From the NCBI GenBank assembly GCA_947084965.1, contig CAMTUG010000002.1:79434-143433 (forward strand): a stretch of DNA of 64,000 nt, read 5' to 3'. The notes beneath the pieces were generated by a model, which saw only the letters and a list, made by a program, of their open reading frames with translations, was not told the DNA's origin and did not search any database. Within the stretch, counting starts at the first letter, position 1; each line of letters opens with the position of its first letter. Below are positions 59,401-64,000 of this stretch, in pieces. Position numbers and translations under genes: made by a program. Origin of the DNA: an uncultured Parcubacteria group bacterium. GTDB lineage: Bacteria; Patescibacteriota; Patescibacteriia; UBA9934; CAMTUG01.

Positions 59401-62400
59401 ATCTCTCCAAATGAAGATCTCCTGGCGATCGGTGACTGGTATGCAGAGCAAGGATTCACCGGTTCGCCTTCCGCCACAACGGTCGATGGCTACGAAGCGC
59501 TCCAAGACGGCCGCACGGTTTACGTTTTGGCCGCCAATCAGAGCGACGATGGCGACATCTATTCGAATATTTACGTCCTCTCCTATTCCGAAGGGGCTGA
59601 TGAATCGACGGTGGAGATCTTCAACCAGATGCTTGAAAACTGGTCGTTCAATACCAACGTCAGTAATGATCAGCTTTGCTATGAAACGGTAACCACAGCA
59701 ACGGAAGTGACCGCCAGGATTCCGATCTGTAATTCAGCGACCTCTGCCGGATATCAGCAGGATTGTGTCATGGACTGTGATGACGCATGGCAGTGTTACT
59801 ACGGTGATACGGACGAGGACGGCTATTGTGACATGGTTGGGACGGCCAACTTGCGTGGTGAAGGTGCTGTCTGTGGCGATGGAGATTACGACTGTAGCAT
59901 TGATTGTTCAGGATCAAGCATCGGTTTCCGTACCGGAACCGTTACTCATGATGTGGATAGCCTTGAGATTTCAGCGGAGACCTGTTCCTCGGATTTCGAT
60001 TGTTCCAGCGGGCCTTGTAGTGCAGAAAAGGACAAGCTGACGCGTGACCTCAAGCGTCTGACCGACCTGCGCTATATCGAAGGAGCTCTTGAGAATTATG
60101 GCGAATCAAACGGGCGCTGCAGCGCATCGACCTCTATCTCTTGTACTTCAAGCGCGGATTGTCCGAGCGCCAGCGAAACATGCGAACCGGTCTATCCAGA
60201 GATTAACTCCGGTTCGTTCCTCCGCTCCATCACCGATAGCGCTTGGTCGTCGTGGACCGAGGTGTTGCAGAGTGACTTGGAAGTAACGATCCCAACCGAT
60301 CCGCTCAATCAATTCGATCTTTGCGGAGAGACGGGTGGCGATTACGCGGACTACAGCGCAGACACCTGCTGGAACGCGACCAACTCGTTATTCGCCTGTC
60401 CGGCCGGCTCCTACACCTATCTCTATCGTAATATTGGTCAAACGGCGTATCAGATCCTCGTTGACCTAGAATATGATTACGTCAGTGCTAGCCCGACGGC
60501 TTCTTGGGCCTTCGCCATTGACCAAGACACGACGGACGATCTCGATATTTTGGTGGGGAACGCCTTCGATAATCTGACTGACGGGTATCAAGAGGATCCA
60601 ACGTGTAACGACGACATCTACGGCGCATCCGAAGTTTGTGGGGACGGCGTGCGTGGGTCTGGGGAGGCGTGTGAAGCGGGTGATACCCAGAGCGTTGCTT
60701 GCACCGCACTGGTCTGTGTTAGTAGAGACGCGGATTATGACGGACAAGCCTGTCTGATCGATTGTACGGACACGACGATCTGTTCCGGCGGGGATGCGGA
60801 TGCGGACGGTGACTGTGATTCCGGCCTGGCCGCCGGCCTTGCCTGTAATTCCGGCGCAGTCGATTGTACGGACACGACGATCTGTACAACAACCGCTTCG
60901 GAGAGCGGGACAACGACCGAATCTTGTATCGACGACCCCAGCGATGCCCTGGCTTGTGATGATTATGAAACGAATCCTCGTGCGGCCTGCGTGCCGGTTC
61001 GCTGCGGAAACGGTGTCGTTGATGCGGGTGAAACGTGCGACGACGGTTCACGCAACGGGACGTACGGCTATTGCGGTACTAATTGCGCTTGGGACAGCTC
61101 AGCGTTCTATTGTGGTGACGGTACCCTTGCTGGCGGAGAATCTTGTGATGAAGGTTCAGACAACGGTGTCTATACACTGAATCCGGCTAATTCTTGCAAC
61201 GCCACCTGTTCAGGGACCGGTCCATCCTGCGGAGATGGAAAGGTAAATGGTGCCGAGATTTGCGATGGTGACAACGAGCAATACGAAGGCGCACTCTGTT
61301 CAGATGGGGAGACGGCGTGTGATGATGATAGCGACTGCTCCGGAACAGATACCTGTCATTTGACGTATGATTCGAGTGTGTCCATTTTGGGCCAGCATCT
61401 CGCCTGTCCGACAGGGAATGTCTGCGTCGGTGGCTCGCTTGATGGAGTCCTTTGTAATGGAACGAGCTGGGCGGATGTTGGGATCACGGGCTTGGATGAA
61501 CTTGGCGTCGATCTAGTTCTACTCGGTTTGTGTCAGGCGGGTGGGGGAACATGCGACACAACAGCGGCTGAATATCAAACCTATCGCACCCGTTCTTGCG
61601 ATGAAGATGCGACAAGTGCCACCGCCTGCCAATGGAACTCTTGGAATTATTGTAACAGTGCCGAGCAAATGTGCGGCGATGGGGAAATACAGGGTGAGGA
61701 AGAATGTGATGACGGTAACAGCAGCAATAATGACGCCTGTACTAACGCCTGTACTTCGAACGTCTGCGGTGATGGCTATTTGTACTCCGGTTACGAAACG
61801 TGCGACCGCGGGGACGAGAACGGCACGATCTGCGAAGCAGATTACGGTTCAACCTGTCGCTACTGCTCAAATGCCTGTGTCTATCTGACCGCTTCGGGTG
61901 ACTATTGCGGTGATGGAGTGCTTGATACATCTTCTGAAGTCTGTGATGGAACACTTACCTCGCACTATTACTATTTTGATTCAGCAACTCGGACGGTTAA
62001 CGGGATCTGTTACACGCTCGGTGACACACTCTCGGACGATGGTGTTGATTACACCTGTCGTGATGTTGGTGTTTGTGACGGTGGTCCTGATGGCGGGGAA
62101 TATTGTACCTACTCCGCTGGGGAGTCGGTTAGTGGAAATGATCAAACGACCTGTGATACCAACTCGACACAGTTCTATACTTGTATGAAGCCGACGTGCA
62201 ATGATGATTGTGCAAGCGCCTGTCCGTTCAATTATGAAGAAGGTACGGTCTCGATTACCAGCGAGTCCGCTGGGGCTGTGGCTGGTACTTCGCTTAGTCT
62301 GTACAGTTTTGAGAATGATGATGGTAATGCGCCGGACAACGCCACACTGACGCTTCCAGCCTGTACTGTTTGGTCGTCGTTAACTGCCGATATTTCTGAA

Positions 62401-63402
62401 TCAGAACGTAATCTCCCGGACACAGATATTATCTTTGTCCTTGATAAGTCGCAGTCGATGTCTAGTACGTTGTCTGGTTCAGATACCCGATTAGATATTT
62501 TACGGTCTGCCGTTAGTGATGCTGTTGACGAACTCTTTGACGCCTATACCGGGGTAAGTGCCGAGTTGAGAGTCGGCGTCGCCTATATCGGCGGCCAGCA
62601 TGGTACAGATGGTGATTCGAGTGGGACCTACAGCCAGAGTGAACTCAACGATTTCTTACTGCTTGATTTGACTGATGAAAAAGCCGATGTCTTGCAAACC
62701 TTAGCAGATGACTTCAGAGGTGTGGACTCCGTGCAAGGGACACCAATATACGAATCGGTAGCGGACGCGATTGATGCACTTAGTGATTCAACTGCTGAGA
62801 GTCGCATCATCATTGTCTTTACCGACGGAGATATTTACAACACTTCAACAGAGTATGGAAAGATCCAGTCGGTTTATGGCCTGAGTGATTCTGACTCAAG
62901 CGGCAGCGTCAATGATGAATATATGGCCGAAGTCAGTCAGTTGACTGATGACGCCAAGGATAGTGGGATAGAAATTTATTCTGCTGTTCTGACCTCTACT
63001 ACTTGTGACATTCGTCAGATGCAGCGCTGGTCGTCAATGGTGTGTACAACAGATACAAGCGCTGATAACTGTTCTGGTGCTCGCGCTGAGGGGAATGATC
63101 TTTCTTGCACGGAACCGGATTCGGGGCTGACCTATGCTTACTCGGCAACCACAGCAGACGAACTCGCGGCGATGTATGAGCAGATTATCGACTCGATTCT
63201 TGGCGTAACAGTTATCATTGTCGACGAGGACGGCAATGAGGGCATGGATCTGGTTGACGTCGGTGATTCGATTACCTTGCCATTGCCCTCGGCGTTCATC
63301 TGTGATGAAACGGCAGAGAAGGATGTGAGTATCAAAGTCAGTTTCCGTGGGAGTGGCCCGGTCAAGTTTGAGGCGTTTGAATTGAACATGTGTGCCCCAT
63401 AA
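53485..63402 (+). CDS. Giant (3305 aa) multidomain surface protein: pilin-like anchor, Ig-like, 3x IPT/TIG, two Cys-rich repeat blocks, C-terminal vWA
   Basis: LLGVVAVCLFIYAGFLWMTSGGSEEKVDRARKMLINATVGLTIILASFAITQFVL; IPT-like PEITGVSPADGAPGTYVTISGNNFGSS x3; CxDDGNxxxGDGCSxxC repeats; vWA DIIFVLDKSQSMS...IIIVFTDGD. Confidence 0.75.
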   Translation: MSLKRFILSFVIALAAVGFFALPALAQIDTGIEEGSAFQQALGLGTADPKIIVANVIRAALGLLGVVAVCLFIYAGFLWMTSGGSEEKVDRARKMLINATVGLTIILASFAITQFVLSRLLSATGVGGSDITGGGGTSGGAPASTDAVFVIESASPQGEQTIKNLTVRLTFNKDVDGDTVSAITITPDGSSTPVEGTYAVNGDRVTFTPSLACEEAPSENCFAENTLYTIELGSGLKSESGLTISCGGLYDACEYEFTSGELVDTTDPEVEITYPEDGDSVSVDAYVPLQALVTDDAGVSLVEFYVDGVLVDTDQPDGDTPTEFIAEIEWDTAAIEEGSEHEIYAIAYDVNAHDADSDAIEVTVRAAHCFNGETDEDETGEDCGGEDCGSCGGDACVEDSDCQSGVCEDGSCVDAPEITGVSPADGAPGTYVTISGNNFGSSTGTVLFGDVEAELADCNDPWDTDQVIVVVPEGVSEGELYTITLTTAGGHSDSTDDDNGTLIDDFEVTSVVRPGICQLDPDFGEVTDPTDVLGVNFGDAQDSGAFYFGTVEAGAYTDWADELLSVIVPTLAADDYDATVWIDGVESNTVNYEVQEADTGAAPVITSIDPESGPIDEYVTIVGENFGSSTGLVYFTNTDTESADFGVVTAASTDFPAVCVDDIWGGEEIIVKVPEGVESTTYSVNVYRYDSVASEGIDFTVTDGTAGPGICAIDPDSGPSGYEGVTISGEGFGDDEGTVTFADGQSASVTTWEDGEIVVDVPEAAVTGYVTVTDTSDDESNGTLFGIGDCNEVDLCDANTQQCCSTGVCVASTGSCPEETVIDASYAWRFSTGPIPTVPGIEVECSDDMISPTPWDGRSGGDAVCVNAALSATFDTTMDQDSFTSTTILLNKCTGPSDDPCSSVESVTLDTIDTTSVSFTVAPASVLDVSSTYLITLTSGITSYNGTAIEETAWTFGTSSSAEICDIEGVNITPSSQTIEEEDGTANFNAQAVAADECVILDSGAYAWNWETDETYATLTTAADADCTGEPSSCQSALAVQEGTSYMLVEENTQGVDDDADLLINFTNPYIVSYEPSCGEGGTACINAGIYVTFNTEMDESSITSPGRVVVYPCTDEICAAYTDADGIELSIDLDDDDPTQLSIIPTSYFTSTTYYEVILSGDIASESGVLMSETYDGDFSWTFLTKADDTLCAVDRVALDPGSATVDYVGATAVFESRAYGLPDACSSEGQQLVGTSYDWAWVSDNTAVATLYSDGAVEVATDEIPDGCTTSCLPEGTQSYTAICGEDADGDGSLLDSGEDCDDGNAEDGDGCSSQCLNEGTTACTSATDPSCCGNGTVDAAEECDDGGSRSGDGCSASCLNEGSRSVGLSCTDNVLTHYDTVGTTTWAGGEECNDEDDGCSSVCLNEGSPSNLDLVGVCGNGVVESPAEECDGGARCSDTCLFEGNTTACSATVTTNCCGNSTTESSAFESCDDGNTTSGDGCSNLCLLEGSSALYTTPSFCADATVGLGEASACEVSTSDLDGNVEPIQVAIIATTAPAEVVDGVATSTIEATTEGETGEAAFNLSCSCTVDSDCSDSTTLGCGTGGCCYVRPTVTDYTPSTTDACRNTLISFTFDAEMNINTFAENVSVELELDADETCPYDGSTARANGSWFSRLWNTVTDFFTGFVLPADAQSSVCELPFTFSVSDDAGGQRVSLIYTELLEASHDYTVTITGDPDHDGSGVRSADGVGMQADYTFTAEIGEDVCSFDAVRVEDEDEDSPGLFTETNEEHSYHATAITTTGGVEEELSSIPGVYEWDWTQTWWSTDTEILTVPSTSETDAEGDDNVVTAVGENGEAVIYADALITVDTLFGLAGESVAGSVDAVANLCENPWPALPTADELAAGGTWEPFTDEDGADADPDDDGTDEIAERDGYMHFSTYYCRDDGDEGGSDDFDSADAVGVTAPPGDVLKEYLFRFSNGDGIGIRISPNEDLLAIGDWYAEQGFTGSPSATTVDGYEALQDGRTVYVLAANQSDDGDIYSNIYVLSYSEGADESTVEIFNQMLENWSFNTNVSNDQLCYETVTTATEVTARIPICNSATSAGYQQDCVMDCDDAWQCYYGDTDEDGYCDMVGTANLRGEGAVCGDGDYDCSIDCSGSSIGFRTGTVTHDVDSLEISAETCSSDFDCSSGPCSAEKDKLTRDLKRLTDLRYIEGALENYGESNGRCSASTSISCTSSADCPSASETCEPVYPEINSGSFLRSITDSAWSSWTEVLQSDLEVTIPTDPLNQFDLCGETGGDYADYSADTCWNATNSLFACPAGSYTYLYRNIGQTAYQILVDLEYDYVSASPTASWAFAIDQDTTDDLDILVGNAFDNLTDGYQEDPTCNDDIYGASEVCGDGVRGSGEACEAGDTQSVACTALVCVSRDADYDGQACLIDCTDTTICSGGDADADGDCDSGLAAGLACNSGAVDCTDTTICTTTASESGTTTESCIDDPSDALACDDYETNPRAACVPVRCGNGVVDAGETCDDGSRNGTYGYCGTNCAWDSSAFYCGDGTLAGGESCDEGSDNGVYTLNPANSCNATCSGTGPSCGDGKVNGAEICDGDNEQYEGALCSDGETACDDDSDCSGTDTCHLTYDSSVSILGQHLACPTGNVCVGGSLDGVLCNGTSWADVGITGLDELGVDLVLLGLCQAGGGTCDTTAAEYQTYRTRSCDEDATSATACQWNSWNYCNSAEQMCGDGEIQGEEECDDGNSSNNDACTNACTSNVCGDGYLYSGYETCDRGDENGTICEADYGSTCRYCSNACVYLTASGDYCGDGVLDTSSEVCDGTLTSHYYYFDSATRTVNGICYTLGDTLSDDGVDYTCRDVGVCDGGPDGGEYCTYSAGESVSGNDQTTCDTNSTQFYTCMKPTCNDDCASACPFNYEEGTVSITSESAGAVAGTSLSLYSFENDDGNAPDNATLTLPACTVWSSLTADISESERNLPDTDIIFVLDKSQSMSSTLSGSDTRLDILRSAVSDAVDELFDAYTGVSAELRVGVAYIGGQHGTDGDSSGTYSQSELNDFLLLDLTDEKADVLQTLADDFRGVDSVQGTPIYESVADAIDALSDSTAESRIIIVFTDGDIYNTSTEYGKIQSVYGLSDSDSSGSVNDEYMAEVSQLTDDAKDSGIEIYSAVLTSTTCDIRQMQRWSSMVCTTDTSADNCSGARAEGNDLSCTEPDSGLTYAYSATTADELAAMYEQIIDSILGVTVIIVDEDGNEGMDLVDVGDSITLPLPSAFICDETAEKDVSIKVSFRGSGPVKFEAFELNMCAP

Positions 63403-63403
63403 T

Positions 63404-64000
63404 ATGGAGGAACAATACCAGCCACAATCGTATGTCTATGAAGGACAATCGGGCGCACCGGAGCCAGTTGTAAAAAATCGCCGCTGGGTTGTTATTGGGG
63501 TGGTGGTCATTCTCGTCATTATTCTGTTCTCGTTCGTCACTATCTTTTTTGTGAATCGGTCACGTGCGAACCGAGCGGCGGAACAAGCAGCAGCGAATAA
63601 ACGCGCGGAGGTAATCGTTGTTATTGAAGAAAAGTGCAATGATGCTGAATTACCTGAAGAATGTCTGTTGGATCTGCGCGGAAGTGCAGCACAGAAGGCG
63701 GCGGATGTTGCTTATTGTGACGGGCTTGCATCTGGAACAGCCTACGATTCTTGTGCCATGTTGGCGGCGATCGCCGCGGCGGATGCTTCATATTGCGATA
63801 AGATATCGGATGCAACCAAAAAAGCCGCTTGCAATGATGCGGCCCTATCCTCTGTTGCATCCGCGGATCGTCAGTATGACGATTGTCGGCTTTATTCGAC
63901 GACCCAGCGCCAAGATCAATGTAGAGATGAATTTGTTATTCGGGCTGTTGTGCAGGGGGTCTGTGATCCTGCGTTCATGGATGATGTATCTTGCGATGCG
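63404..64000 (+). CDS. Membrane-anchored Cys-repeat hypothetical protein (3'-partial, runs off window)
   Basis: MEEQYQ...WVVIGVVVILVIILFSFVTIFFV TM, then repeated A..YCD motifs; TAATATG junction with the giant gene. Confidence 0.5.
   Translation, partial: MEEQYQPQSYVYEGQSGAPEPVVKNRRWVVIGVVVILVIILFSFVTIFFVNRSRANRAAEQAAANKRAEVIVVIEEKCNDAELPEECLLDLRGSAAQKAADVAYCDGLASGTAYDSCAMLAAIAAADASYCDKISDATKKAACNDAALSSVASADRQYDDCRLYSTTQRQDQCRDEFVIRAVVQGVCDPAFMDDVSCDA

Overview
This 64 kb window looks like a compact, reduced-genome bacterium, most consistent with a CPR/Patescibacteria-like lineage; that lineage call is inference. It opens with a partial S10-spc-alpha ribosomal protein block: rplB (partial), rpsS, rplV, rpsC, rplP, rpmC, rpsQ, rplN, rplX, rplE, rpsZ, rpsH, rplF, rplR, rpsE, rplO, secY, adk, map. 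rpsE abuts rplO with no L30 gene, and S19, L22 and S5 carry low-complexity tails. The housekeeping genes that follow are:
- ruvX/yqgF and recO
- a tRNA-Asn plus asnS and aspS, with two tandem paralogous membrane-anchored proteins between the two synthetases
- scpA/scpB
- a D-Ala-D-Ala carboxypeptidase and a GT4 glycosyltransferase
- a MacAB-like HlyD/ABC operon
- tRNA-Leu(CAA), elongator tRNA-Met and initiator tRNA-fMet
- parA/parB
- a short relA/spoT
- the minus-strand run topA-dprA-pth-der-LCP, then tRNA-Val(CAC)
- a copper cluster that includes copA
- lepB, hisS, rpsU and yqeY
The last ~12.4 kb holds two overlapping genes (613 aa and 3305 aa) that share an N-terminal signal-peptide plus two-helix module which looks like a T4SS pilin (TrbC/VirB2-like) anchor. 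The 3305 aa protein adds Ig-like and IPT/TIG domains, two blocks of Cys-rich 'CxDDGNxxxGDGCSxxC' repeats and a C-terminal vWA domain with a DxSxS MIDAS motif. I flag this locus as the most likely undescribed system. Other accessory-type signals:
- Five visibly GC-rich single-gene islands sit in an otherwise mid-GC background (judged by eye, not computed). Three of them share a near-identical promoter and/or a conserved 3' hairpin ('GGGGGTGGTCGYTGCATTT').
- A family of TTCGAAAT-rich inverted-repeat elements occurs three times, once inside the ribosomal operon between rpsQ and rplN.
- A duplicated tRNA-Val 3' end next to the tRNA suggests an integrase footprint.
Gene starts are very often fused as TAATATG or overlap (GTGA, TTGA), with little Shine-Dalgarno signal. 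All calls rest on reading the six-frame translations and the sequence; no database searches were run.
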